Source: Rhynchobatus australiae | Taxonomy: Eukaryota | Reading direction: 5' to 3' | Assembly: GCA_034780895.1 (NCBI GenBank) | Contig: JAUZTB010000064.1 | Location: 114,965,116-115,029,115, forward strand | Length of the DNA: 64,000 nucleotides | In this document: positions 38,640 through 51,989 of the stretch, one piece after another | Position numbering within the stretch: position 1 is the stretch's first letter | How the letters are laid out: each line of letters starts with the position of its first letter | The notes under the pieces: model-generated | What the model was told of the DNA's origin: nothing | Seen by the model: the letters and a program-made list of their open reading frames with translations, nothing else | Databases searched by the model: none | Program-made: the position numbers and the translations under genes

Positions 38640-39810
38640 CTCTCAATCAGATGCTTTGGCATTGACATCACTGTTCTGAGTGTGATATGACAGGCAGGAA
38701 TGGCTAGTTTAAAGAACAAAGAAGTGGGTGCACCTTGTGGATGGGCAAACCAAAGAAGAACACCCTCTACACGGGGTGGGCTTTGCCATCTAGAATAAGC
38801 TATTGACATCTCAGTGACCCCAATCCTCCATGGGAAAAGTGAACACTCTAATGTGCAATCAGCATACTGTGTTCATAAGTTCATACACACCAACCTTGGA
38901 AGCTCTGGATGCAGCCAAGGAAGACGGAACAAAGCCAAGACTATATCCAAGAGGAAGACAAACTAATCCTCCTGGGCAACTTCAATGCCATACAAACATA
39001 CTAATTAGAAGCAGGAATAGGTCCCTCAACCCCTCAAGCCTGCTCCATCATTTAATAAGTTCATGGTTTAATTATAACCTCACTTCCACATTCCCCATCA
39101 ATCTACAGTAACTTCTCACCCTGTTACTCATCAAATTATCTTTTTACCTTTTCTTTAAAAATATTCAAAGATTCTGCTTCCACAGTCCTTTGAAGAAGAG
39201 AGTCCCAAAGGCTCACAACCATCTGAGAGAAAGAATTTTGCCGTTTCTTTGTCCTAAATGTGCGACCCCCCCCCCTTTATTTTTAAATGGTACCCCTGGT
39301 TCCAGATTCTTCCACAAGAGGAAGCATCCCCTTCACTCCCACCCCATCTGGATATCTCAGGATTTTATGTTTAAACCATATTATCTCTCACTATTCTAAA
39401 CTCCAGCAGATCCAAGCTTAGCCTGTCCAACCTCTCCTCCTAAGACAACTTGCCTATTTCGCTCTGGTAAACCTCCTCTGTACAGTTTCCTTTGCATTAA
39501 CATCCTGCCTTAAAGTTTTCATACATGAGGCATGATTTCACAAATGCCCTAAATAACTAAAGCATAACCTCCCTACTTTTGTATTAATTTCATCTAGAAA
39601 TAAACAGATGTTAGCTTTCCTAATCACTTGCCGTAGCTATACACTAGCCTTTGGCAAATCATGCACTAANNNNNNNNNNNNNNNNNNNNNNNNNNNNNNN
39701 NNNNNNNNNNNNNNNNNNNNNNNNNNNNNNNNNNNNNNNNNNNNNNNNNNNNNNNNNNNNNNNNNNNNNGTCGGGAAAGCTAACTGACAGGGTCACACTG
39801 TCTTGCCTTC
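38640..39810 (+). mobile_element. RTE LINE AP-endonuclease fragment, interrupted by CR1 at ~38995-39669
   Basis: Reads FGIDITVLS, LHGVGFAI, ISSYTPTL and DKLILLGNFNA up to ~38990, then resumes VGKAN at 39770. Confidence 0.72.
38995..39669 (-). mobile_element. CR1 LINE 3' fragment
   Basis: Starts agaagcaggaataggtccctcaacccctcaagcctgctccatcatttaataag, the antisense CR1 3' UTR. cacaaccatctgagagaaag is antisense for FSQMVVSLW. Confidence 0.75.
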
Positions 39811-40669
39811 AGCAATGAATAGAAACCAAAATCCTTTCATCCTTTGACCAACAAATGTACCTCTTATTATGATGGATTATATTTTGCCAGCTGCATTGTG
39901 CCTCATTTTAGTTAATCTGTTCTACATTCTTGGGCCAAGAATAGTCAAAAGAGTTTAGTTCAGTCCTATGTCATTTTAAGCTTTAAACACTTATGCTCTA
40001 GAGTCAAGTTTGTTAATGATGATTTAGGACATTTTGTCCTCTGTTCTAAAGAAGATACAATTGCTTCAAAGTAAATAGATTTTTTTTAAATATGGTAGGT
40101 CATTTTTTTTCTGCCTGTCCTTTCCTTGAACCATTCTTTTCCTGTTACACGTGCTTTATTATGTTAAAAGGACTACACTTTCATTAAATTATTTTTATTC
40201 AAATCAAGAAATCAATTACATATTTGAATAGCTGAACAATAGCAAAGGGATGCAGATCTAGAATTCACTGTCAAAGCAGTAACAAGACTAAATATTCACA
40301 ATTACCCAAGTGCAAATCACATAGCAACACATGATTAAATAGAAAATTCTGGAACGTTTTGTCCTTTGTCATTAGCTTTGTGAAAATCATTGTCATGCTT
40401 TCTGACTCACCATTGAAACACTTTAAATTTCACAAGGTCCCTGTACGTGCTTGATAATTACAAATTAGACTTGCCACAGAAAGAATAGGTGTGCCTGTAC
40501 AATCCTTTCTAACAGCATGAGATCTGTTAATTACCACCAAATAACCTATCATTGCCTGGATTTTCATTCTATCAGCTTTTAATTATTGTTGGAGATTTAA
40601 CAATAGTAGAGAAATTTTCAGTGCAAAAGGAGACAAAAAGCTCATGTATAAATATTGATCAAAAATGCT

Positions 40670-41220
40670 ACCTGCTTTAATCCCACTTTCCACCTCTTGG
40701 TCCACGGCCTTGTAGATGACCACAATTCAAGTGCTCATCAAGCAGTTGTTAAATAGGATTAGTGTTTCTGCCTCTGAAAACTTTGAAGGACAATGAGTTC
40801 CAAATGCCCATAGCCCTCTGAGTAGAAAAACATTCTCTCCTAATTCTTTAAGTAATTGCTTTATATCTATACCCTGGTTTTTGACCTCTGAAAGTATTCC
40901 AATCCACTCCGTCACAACTTCTTATAATTTTAATACAAATTAATTAATTCTCTCAGTTTCCACTGATCCAAGGAAAATAATTCCTATCTGTTATTTTTTT
41001 CCACATATTAAAATTCTACAGCTATGCAACATTCTCAAAAATCTCTCGACTGCAGTCACATGCTTCCTGTAACACAGTGACCAGGATTGTTTGCATTACT
41101 TTATGACTTAACTAGTCTTTTGTATCTTTGTAGAATAATGGTCTTATTATCTGTGCCTCAGCCAATAAATGAAAGTATTCTATATGCCTTATTCACATCT
41201 TGTCTAACTGTCCCTCAGCC
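40670..41220 (-). mobile_element. CR1 LINE 3' fragment
   Basis: The antisense reads VFLLRGLWAFG / FSTQRAMGIWNSL-like followed by a CR1-type 3' UTR (ORF 40727..40915-). Confidence 0.68.
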
Positions 41221-42359
41221 TTTAGTGATCTAAAGATATGTTTTTCTCTACATCTGTCTTTAAAAATAGTCTTTCAATAATTCCTTTCTGTCTTCTTTTC
41301 CCCCTAATCTAGTCTTTATTTTCCTCTTTTTATTTCATTTTCTGTGCCAGATTCCAGCTTAATCCTTCTGGTTTAGACTCTGCACAATCCATTTCCTATT
41401 ACTGGTTGGTTAAGGAGGAGACACACACTTGTTTGTCCTGCCCATAGTGGTCATGTAGAAAGAACCACACCATTGTCGTCATCCACTTAAAGTAACTTGT
41501 AGGACAAAGTCCCATAGAAGTTAAGCAGGCAACAGCAAGTCTCTGACATTATTCTTTATCTACAGTAAATTCTGTCCTAATTTAGTTTACCTATTTTCTG
41601 CCTTTTTTTAAAAATTACTACTTTAATTTTGCAGCCATCATTGCAGCTAATTAGGCCATATGTTGATATCAGTTTTCATTTCTAAAGATGTTATCGAATA
41701 TTTATTAAGTATGGCTTAACACAGGCATACATTTTGATGATTGTACATTCTTAATATTCATACTTTATTTTTGACTGGAAGTCATGAATACATTGGAAGG
41801 GATTGCACAAACAATACATGGTTTTCCAAGAACAACTATCTATAACATAACATCTATGTACTTCAATCATTCCAATCGTACACTCGTTGTTATATAATCT
41901 GCACCTTAATACTTAGGTTTAAACTAAATTTTTTTAGTAAACTAAAACTAAGAATTGCTTGAAATACAGATTTAAGATTCTAATCAAAATATGTGCTGTC
42001 TTATTAACTTCATTTACCTCCAATTGAACCCTTGAGGCTTGACCTTCGTGAGCAACTGTCCCTAATGTTCGAGATAAGTGACACCGTGAAGAAAGTACTT
42101 CCTACGTTAGAACTCTCTAAAAGGTTGAAAATCTGGGCTCCAGTGATTGACTGCCATCTCACTCTGGCATCATTCTTGGGTGCCACCTTCCCCCATCCCC
42201 ATGTGAGAATGAGCAGATTCCCCATTGTATTTATTCACCCAAGTCTTTACAGTTACTCTATCACCTTATCTTCCTCGTGACAGAACCCCAACCCCCAACT
42301 TATTCTTGGTGACCATCCTGGCCCAGACTGCTGCAGACTAGTTTTATAATATTTTTGAG

Positions 42360-43190
42360 ATGGACTTTTCAAAGACTTAACCAAGAGGATAGATGAAGGT
42401 AGGGCAATGGACGTTGTCTATATGGACTTTAGCAAGGCCTTTGACAGGGTCCTGCATGGCAGGCTAGTCTGGAAGGTTAGATCACATGGGATCCAGGGAG
42501 AGACAGCTAACTGGATTCATAATTGGCTTGATAGTAGGAAGTAGAGAATGATGGTCTAAGGTTGTGTTTCAGACTGGAGGCCTGTGACTCAATGTGTGCC
42601 ACAGGGGTCAGTGCTGGAACCTTTGTTGTTCGTTACTTATATTAACGATTTGCATGTGAATGTGCAAGGCATGGCTAGTTAGTTTGCAGATGATACTAAA
42701 ATAGGTGGTATTGTAGAAATTGAAGCAGGTTATCAAAAAATTACAGGGGGATCTTGAGAAGTGCAGAGATTTACAAGAATGTTACCAGGATTTAAGGGCC
42801 TGAGTTATAGGGAGAGGTTGGGGAGGCTCAGACTTTAGTCCTTGGAATGTAGGAGATTAAGGAGTGACCTTACAAAGGTATATAATATCATGAGAGGTAT
42901 AGGTAGGGTGAATGCACAGGGAAGGGGAGCTAAAAACTAGGGCATAGATAGGTTTAAGGTGAGAGGTGAAAGATTTAGAAGGGATCTGAGGGGCAACTTC
43001 ACACAGAGGGTAGTGCGTATATGGAATGAGCTGCCTGAGAAAGTGGTTGAGACAGGTACAATAACAACATTTAAAAGACATTTGGATAAATGGATGGATA
43101 GGAGGGGTTTAGAGGGATATGGCCAAATGCGGGCAAGTGGGACAAGCTTGGTGGGCACCATGGTCAGCATGGACGAATAAGGCCAAAGGG
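42360..43190 (+). mobile_element. CR1 (HER1-like) LINE ORF2 RT plus 3' end, internally deleted
   Basis: IDEGRAMDVVYMDFSKAFDRV, VPQGSVLEPLLFVTYINDL and FADDTKIGG, then a jump at ~42757 to RGERFRRDLRGNFTQRVVRIWNELPEKVVETGTITTFKRHLD. Confidence 0.93.
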
Positions 43191-43919
43191 CATTTTTGAA
43201 AGTGCAGATGTCCTGATGACATCAAAGTCCATCGTAATAGATTGACAATTTTTGATATTGTCATAATTATATTTTCCAATATACGGCATAATTTGTATCC
43301 CCAATGAACTGTAAAAAGTAGTATGAAATATTTATCAATTTATAATTTAAAGGCATGCAAACGTGACTGACTAAATCTATGGGAAGCACATGATATCTGG
43401 TCAAGGCAAACAAAATGAATAATGGCTTTCCCATTCAAATAAGTAACACAGCTAACAAAGTCTACCAAAATCAAGATCATCACACATCCTTTAACATACA
43501 AAGCAACAACATGCAGAACAGCATTTATTTCTTCAAATTGGCTTTAGCCTTTAGTTTTATTCCAGTCCGGTTGGATATATAAATCTTATTGCTGGATTTC
43601 TGAATTAAACAATAGATCATTGAGAATATTTTAGAAATACCTCAGCATAAATTGTTCTAAAAAGTAAAGATTTATTTCCTGTTGCACTATCCAATTGCAT
43701 TGTGCATCTGAGTCTTGCTGAAGTGANNNNNNNNNNNNNNNNNNNNNNNNNNNNNNNNNNNNNNNNNNNNNNNNNNNNNNNNNNNNNNNNNNNNNNNNNN
43801 NNNNNNNNNNNNNNNNNNNNNNNNNNNNNNNNNNNNNNNNNNNNNNNNNNNTCATTCTAATAAAGTATTGGATAATATGTCTGGATTTATTCATAATATC
43901 ATTTATTTTATTACTGCAG

Positions 43920-44024
43920 GCACAACATGTGATTCTACCATTAACTACTGCGAGTGCAACCCCTGTTTCAATGGAGCGACCTGCCAGAATCAAGCTGATG
44001 GTTATTACTGCCACTGCCCATTTG
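43920..44024 (+). CDS. FAT4: FAT4 internal exon (105 nt), EGF-like repeat
   Basis: Acceptor ttactgcag ends at 43919; donor gtaaga at 44025. Translates (G)TTCDSTINYCECNPCFNGATCQNQADGYYCHCPF(G). Too short for the ORF track. Confidence 0.96.
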
Positions 44025-44515
44025 GTAAGAAATAACAATATGAGCATACATCTGCATTGACACATATGCACAGTCCAAGTATGTTTATAGATTTCTTAAA
44101 CTGTGCATGTTTGTTTTACCTGAACCAGACAATAAAAGGAGTGCAAGAAATAACTTTTCTTCCTTTTTGCTTTCCTTAGGTTGTGAAAAAGATAATTGAT
44201 AATGTTTTGCATTGGTAGAATTGCAATTAAATTCCTTTGATATAGTACTTTGACATTTGTTTCATTGCAACCAGCAATTCAGAGTGACTTGTACATACTT
44301 CAGAGTATGTGCCTGAACTGCTGTTTTATAAGTTTTATAACTCTTATCTTCACTGTTATTAGTTGTGTGTCATTCATAAAGTTACTATAATGTTTAATTT
44401 GCAGCATGCACTACATCAATTGAACTAATGTCAGGACAATTTACTAGATTTTGCAACAATACCACATTTGAAAAGAGCTTCTTTGGCTACAAGGCACTTC
44501 CGCTTGTCCTGATGT

Positions 44516-45356
44516 TGTGAAATGGTTGGATGAGTGAAATTAAATGTTTGTTTCCTTTCTTTGTTTCTTCCTGTACATGAAGGTGATGCAGTTAATAAAA
44601 TCATGACGAACATGGTTACTTTCATATTTATCAGTCCAATTCTCATTACCACTGCCTGATTATTTTGACATTTTACATTTTCATTAATTTTCAGCCAAAC
44701 TGAAGTCATATCTGAACTGTAACCAGAGAGAAAATTAATTATAGATGACATAGTGAAGATGTCTGTCCTGTTCCATATGGAAACTGTTTTAAGTTTGTTT
44801 CTACAGAACGGGAATGCCTCCTTCCTCTAACTCATTTTTTAAAAATTTTCTCCTTCCCTTCCCATGCTATTATTTTTCAACCCCCTCTCAGAAGTACCTT
44901 TCTCTCCTCCTCTGTCCATCCCAGTCGAGGCTTGCATTTATCTTTCTTCACTACTTTACATTAGTATCCCTTTATCTACACCCAGAATTTACTCTAACTC
45001 ATCATGCCTCTTCCAAATAACATTGGCATCTTCTCCCCAATTCACTATTTTTTCCCTTCACTCCCAACTCCAAGTCAAAGTGCTGGAAGACAGTAAACCA
45101 TTTACAGAGTCAGTTAATATTGAATCGACCTGTGAAATGGACGGATAATAATTTTTTTCCCCCTTTCATTACCTGTTCTTGACGATGATGCAATTATTGA
45201 AGTCAGGTTGAAGATAGTTGCTTTCACATCAATCAGCACAATTCTCATCATCCATACCTGATTATTTTTATATTTTACATTTTCATTCATTTGCAGCTGA
45301 ACTGAAGTCGTAGCTGGACTGTAACCAGAGAGAAAATTAATTGTAGATGACTAGTG
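44516..45356. repeat. Diverged direct duplication: 44516-44755 and 45131-45356
   Basis: Collinear similarity, including an identical 25-mer actgtaaccagagagaaaattaatt at 44716-44740 and 45318-45342. Confidence 0.88.
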
Positions 45357-45859
45357 CAAATCTCTGTTTATAAATTTTACTTATAATATATCAACTTTTA
45401 TAATATATATGTGTAAGAGAAAAGATTGTTACATGCTAAAAGTGTGAGAACATTCTTGGTGTTACAAGGTTATCATAAAAGTTTAATAAAGTTTATTTTA
45501 TGATCCAATGCATGTAAGTTAGATTACTGCTCTTCCATATCATATCTAGTTGGCAAATATACAGTATATCAGTCAGTGAACACAAACATTGGTTCACTAA
45601 GGACAGCAGCAAAAGCTTAAAGTTATTAGTTACACAGTTAAAGTAGATCCAGACCATAAGTAACAAAGCCAAATTGACTCATGGATAACCATAGTGAATG
45701 ACGTAAAATGTGAATGTTTGTTCACAGAGCGACAAACAAATGCAGTCCACAAAGTGAAGTAAGTACAATGTCAGCTCAGTGATCCATCAGGCACAGTTTA
45801 AAGAGCTGGGCATCATGCTAATTGGCATGCTAATATAGATACAGGAAACCATGATGCTA

Positions 45860-46690
45860 TGTTTAGTTTTGAAGATCTCATTAAAGAAAAAGAACCCTTT
45901 CTTCAATACAAGTGGTGGATTTCCCATAATTCAACATCTGCAGTGTCCAGTTTTCTTCTTCTTGGGATCAAGGATAACTGACTTCTCTGCTGGGTTTGTG
46001 GATTCTGAGGTGGCTAATAAAGTCAATAGGCTCTTCCATAGATGAAGCAGATGGGTTGTGTGTTGGTCTACTCTTTCCACCTCATACATAGAGCCTCTGT
46101 GTACTCACAATGCATGGATTTGAAGTTCTCAATACTATCTTAAATGCTCCTTCTCCACTTCGAGAGAGCCCTAGGAGTCAGTGGAGATGTTGCTTTTCTT
46201 CAAGTCTTTACACATATTCTTGAATCATTACATCTAGTAACCTCTACTCAAAGCAGTGCTGGTTTAGAATGCATGTTTGTGAAGTCTGTTATTGGGCATG
46301 AGAACACCATGACCTACACAATGTATGAATATAACTAGGGCTGAATGAGTATAACTAGGGCCTTAATGCTAGAGAAATTAGCTCGGGAGAGATAACTGAT
46401 ATTGGCCCACTTATCCTTTCAATGAATTTGGAGGATTTTGTGGGACAATGTTGGTATTTTTCCAGTGTATCAAGATGCCTGCTGTAAATAGCTCAGGTCT
46501 CCAAAGGTGTAGGTGGGCAAGAATCATAGCTACCTGATAGACTACGAGTTTTGTGTTTGGTCTGAGATCTTGAAGTTCAAATACCCTTTTCCTCAGTTGA
46601 CCAAAAGCATTGATGGTGCAGTGAAGATGGTGGTGAATTTCATCATCAATGTCTCCCTTCACTGGTCTAACTATTTCTGTTAAGACTGAA
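45860..46690 (-). mobile_element. RTE LINE 3' fragment
   Basis: ORF 46411..46797(-) contains DIDDEIHHHLHCTINAFGQLRKRVFELQDLRPNTKLVVYQ. Confidence 0.78.
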
Positions 46691-49600
46691 CTTCCTAAGC
46701 CCATCACAAGGCAACTCAGTTCAACACTGTGGGTATTCACTTTCCCAATGTAAATTGCAATTGGAATTGCTTGCATTTTTTTTAGTTTCTGCAGCATCTG
46801 GAAAAATGCTCTTAATCATTCTGTTTGGGAAGAGAACATGCTAACTTGAACAGAAACTATTGCCATCATGCATTAAAATAATGTATTAAGGGTTGCAATC
46901 AGTGCCAGTATGGCAGGCGACCAGCAAGAATTTAAGGTGATTTAAACCACATTGGACACTGCAGCTTATTAAATGCTGAGAGCTGTTACTTCATTCTGTA
47001 AATTTTATTTAAGATAAATCACAATTACTCTTCTACCATATTTGTACTTGTCCAAGGTTTTGTATGCATTAGCTTATGTTATAGTCGTGAGCTTGCCGAT
47101 AACGACAAGTCATCAAATTGAAGTTGGAAATATAAACTAGATACAGCAGATGGCTTATACCAACAGATTCCAGGCTGTCCTTGTGTTAAACAGATATGAT
47201 TGACAAAATATTCTGTGAACTCAGATGTGGGCATTTATTGAAACAGTGACCCTTTTGAGTCCTGCATTCTGTAATAAATGTTCAGTCTATGTACATTGAG
47301 AATTGCAAGAAAAAGCATAAAAATAACAGTAAAACTTTAAATTCCTGTGGGATTAGATGGTTCAGAGCATTTGTAAACTGCCCTTTCACTTCATAGACCA
47401 GAGTTTCAATCCAGTCTACACAAATGAGTCAAGATCTAAGAACCCAATGTAATACAGAGCATCTGATTGACAATAGTTAACTGCACATAACTTCAGTCAA
47501 TTTCTCACCAAAATGGCAATTTCACTCTCATGCCCCAGTGATGGTTGGTTTGAGAGGTGAACAAATCAATACTAGTGGTTGTTTTGAAGGATTTAATTGT
47601 GTAGCTGTGGGTGAGTGAAGGAGACTTAGTTAGCATTTAATCCAACTGCATATAATGCTGCTATGTTATACAAATTATGAAGAGCCAATAATAAGTTTTG
47701 TGTTTGTATCCTAACACTATAGCTGGCTTCAGGGTAAATCTGGGAATGTTACCAGACTGCTCCAGGAACTCTGCTCATCATTCACCATTGAAAGCCATGT
47801 CTGTTGAGGTGGCTTTCTGTACTGGGCTTTCATAAAGTCACAAAATTTAAGGAGGTCAAAAGTAGCAGATTTCAGATGGAACTAATTGCTCTGAATAACT
47901 ACCCTAGTTTCCCTTCAGGCAAAATTTAAAAATTGACATTTAGCTGTTCATCTTTTTTTGAGTCTCTGGCTTCTCCCTTCAGAGTAGCACGGTACCAATC
48001 CAACTTTTAAGCACTTTATTGGGCTGAACACCTCCACTATGCCTCCACTGGTGTTGGCCACCAGCTTCCATTATTAAAATAATTCCAGCTGTGGGATGAG
48101 GAAAACATTAATGTTCTCTCCATTAAGCAGCTAGGGGTCTCATCTAACAGCAGAGTAAAGACCCTGAAAATTCAAGCTCACATTCTTTTTATTACAAATT
48201 GTTAGTTTCCCATTCATTTCTGCCATTTATGACATTGAGAATTGTTAGATTTGCACTTAAAAAATTATTCATGTCATACTAATAATCATGATTGCAAAAT
48301 GAATAAGAGCAAATGATACTATTATCCTGAGATAGGAATACCAATATGATGTTCGCCAATTAAGTATTCATTTTAATGATATTGAAATTACCTCTTACTC
48401 CTCCATTNNNNNNNNNNAAGAAATGGCTTAAAGAAATACAGATACTAATCCAGCAGCTGGGTGCAAAGTAGTTCACAAAAGCAAAGAAGTTCTATTTCGG
48501 CTTGTCTGAATTTGTCATTTAATGGCAGCTTATATTTCTGGTGAAAATTATAAGTTTGCCTTGCATAGTATCTGTGTATAATGGTCTGAGGTCTTTCTTT
48601 TTTGACAGTGAGGGTAGTCCTGTGTATACTTGTATGATAGTGTGACCATCTGAATGGAACCAGAGGAAGGGACAATAATACTTCTTTGTGATCTGGAATT
48701 GGATATTCATCAAAGCTTGATAATTAGCTGTTTTATTTTGCATTGTGAAGATGCAGATCAGATGTATTATAACATTAAGTAATTTTTAACCAACACATCC
48801 TTTTGTTGCATTATATAAAATAATGAATAAACTTTGCTTGCTTATATTTCTGGAAAAGATCTTAAGATTCTTCATTACCGTAAGGTTGAGGGTGTTTAAA
48901 AAAAACAGACATCTCTCATCTTTTCCAATTCAATTTATTCATTAAGGACCATTAGAGTTTGAATGAAGTCACAGGACTGACAAATTGTGGATACTTCATT
49001 TAGTTAATAAGAGGTGGTTTTAAAGTTTTTTTAAAAATTATCTGAATGAAGCAACATAAATTGTCATTTACTTCATTTCCTTTGATAGAAATGGGGGTTA
49101 AATTTCATTTCACTGGGAGGATAAACAAGGGGATAGCAAATTGGCTGACCACTTTACTCTGATAGATTAGCTTTTCCATGAAGTCAGTGAAAGTCCAATG
49201 ATAGGAAATCAGTCATGATGTACAACAGGGACTGATCCTCAGATGCAAGTTTGCCAATCTCACCACAACTGAAAATTATCCCCAAAATGCAGGCACAAGA
49301 TTTTTAATGTTATTCATTGAGCTTCACGTGCAGATAATTGTGACCTTGGGTATTATTCAACTCAAACGTGGTTAATGATATAATTGGACCAAATCCAAAG
49401 AGAGAATAGGAGGGAAGTTGCATGAATGATAAAAGGGACAAGATGAGAGGAGGCAATCACATGATGATGAGAAATATGGTGAGCGAGAAAGAAGATTGGA
49501 GGGAAAAGGAGGGAAATGAGAATTAGAGAGGCAGAAAGAAGTTCATAAGGAAGGGGGAATTAGAGGTCAAGAGCAATGGGAGAGTTTGGATGGTGAAGTG

Positions 49601-51989
49601 GAATGGAAGAAGAGGCTGGCCATATATTATCTCCTGAAAAACTTTTGTGCTTGTATGTCTATTAATGGGTGAAAAGACCAAAACAGTGGCAACAGTAGTG
49701 AGGCAATGTCCAGAAGGACTATTGGCAGTGGAGAGGAAAGTGGCATGAATAAAAGATCTTCAAGGAATGAATCTGACAGGGCTAGGGTTTGTACATTGAT
49801 TAACAGCTACAGGGCTACAGGGATCAAAAACCTGACCCTTCTTTGGGATTGGGAGAATGTGGGTTTGCAGAATAAGATAAAGTTCTCTTAGTTGTATTCT
49901 TTCAAAGGCCCAGTTCAGACTGTGTGATCTTCAAGAGCTCCATGGCTTCGGTTTTGGTTTCTGGCTCCTACAAACTTCTCTCAAATCTTCTTGCATGACT
50001 TTTTTTTTTGTTTCATGCTCTCAACTTTTTCTGACCGAGTGAAATAGTTTAATGCCACTAAAAGACTCCAGGCAGTTTGGTAGATGACTTAAGAGGCCCT
50101 CAGCTGTTCTTGCTTTAGTTGGAAAGTGCCAAATCGAATCATAACCACAGATTTTGAGTCTGTTGTTGTGATTGCAGTCACCTCATGAAGAAGATAATTA
50201 AAAACAGCAGTGTTAGTGAAATGGACAGCTGTGTTCTGCCCTTTCACTACCACAGTATGCAAGCAAAACTTTTATGAAATAATATCCATAATTGTTCAAG
50301 ATAGTTGAGAACTTTTTGGCAGTCTGTGCACTGCAGTGTCATATTATATTGCAGTTTCTACATGATGGGAGAGTGGGACATGACCCAGCCTCCTCCTAAC
50401 CTATCTAAAACAATACTTCAGGTATGAAGCCATACAATACTTTAAGAAGTATTCACATATTTATTGGAGAGGTGATGTGGTAAGAAACCTTTTTGTCTTG
50501 TCACTTGCGATGTGCAAGTGTACAATGCAGTATTCCATACCAGCACAATCTATGTGTGTCATTACACTTCAATTTGTCAAAAAGAAGTTTGTGGGACTTG
50601 CTATTTGAAGGAGTGAAGCCATTCTCTGGGAAACAACCAAAAGTAATATCTATTAAGATTCAGACATTTAAAAAACCTTGAGTAAATTGATAAGATGATG
50701 AAAGGATTAACAAAAGCACCATTCATGTGGGTGGGAACCAAACTGACATCCATAGACATTATTGACCCAGTATGCTTAACAACTTTATCATTTTAAACAC
50801 TGGGTTTGTTAATTGAACTCCTTCAGGCTTGAAAGCTTAATCAAACTGCTCCACCAATGATAACTGACTGAGGAATATGGAGCCAAGTAGTTCTCTGGTT
50901 GTCAAATGTACTCATTATAATCCTGTATGAGAATTTCTTCTGTTTGAAATTTCTGGTGAAATTGTAAATATATACTATCAGAAGTCTACAGTTTGTTCAC
51001 AATGCCTCACAGATACATCTACAAAGTTTTTACACATATCTGTGTTATTTGCTTTTTAAAAAATCGATAGAATAAAGATCAAGGTCAGTTAAAGTTAATC
51101 ATTATTCATTCCAAGTGTTTAGTTTTCAAAGGGATACTCAGAGTGAGACAAGCACTAATATCCCGCTGTTTTTTTGCTGGCAAAGTGCTCAATAAATCAC
51201 TTTGCCTACACTGTTAGTTCTCATTTGCTGCAATCTGTTCTGTACAATATAAATAAGCCTAGCATGGATCTGGTGAAAGGATAAATACTGAGTTGTTTCA
51301 CCACACACAAAGGCCGAGAAAATGTCATGCATCAGGAAAGGTGCACATAATTGATGATATATAGGGGGTGAATGTATGTTTATTGCCTAAGGCTTGTGCA
51401 CAATTGAACAGGCTTTTCACAGTTTGCACACTGAAAGGCCTCTTCTCTATTTGCTTCACTCTAGGCAAATTGGAACCTCAAGGGCCAAGTTGAAGTATTA
51501 GTCTGGTGAAGGAGGCAGTGGCTATCAACTGCTAAATTGCAGTGTGGGTTGTGATTGGACCAGTGTACAGTAGGGGTGGGGTGGTGGGGAGGGGCAAAGG
51601 AGATCCTGCAGCAAGGTTAAAGGTTTAAAGGGTTGTTTCCAAGTGCCAGACTGTGCAGCCTCAACCTGGTCAGGCAGGTTTTCTTCATAAGTTTTGCTGA
51701 AGCAAGCCACTGCACTTGTCAGGGTAAAGATAGGACCTGTCATGGGGAATGCAGAGAAACACCTTGGCAACTTTGCAAANNNNNNNNNNNNNNNNNNNNN
51801 NNNNNNNNNNNNNNNNNNNNNNNNNNNNNNNNNNNNNNNNNNNNNNNNNNNNNNNNNNNNNNNNNNNNNNNNNNNNNNNCAGAGAAACACCTTGGCAACT
51901 TTGCAAAATATATAATGAGTCCTTGATTGCTACAGCATTTTTTAATATAAAAATTCTACTGTGAATGGGAGATAGTAGGGTAGTTGTTA

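Noticed and set aside
49400-49620. Purine-rich strand-biased tract
   Set aside because: It is low-complexity GA-rich sequence with no periodicity or ORF, and is common in these introns.
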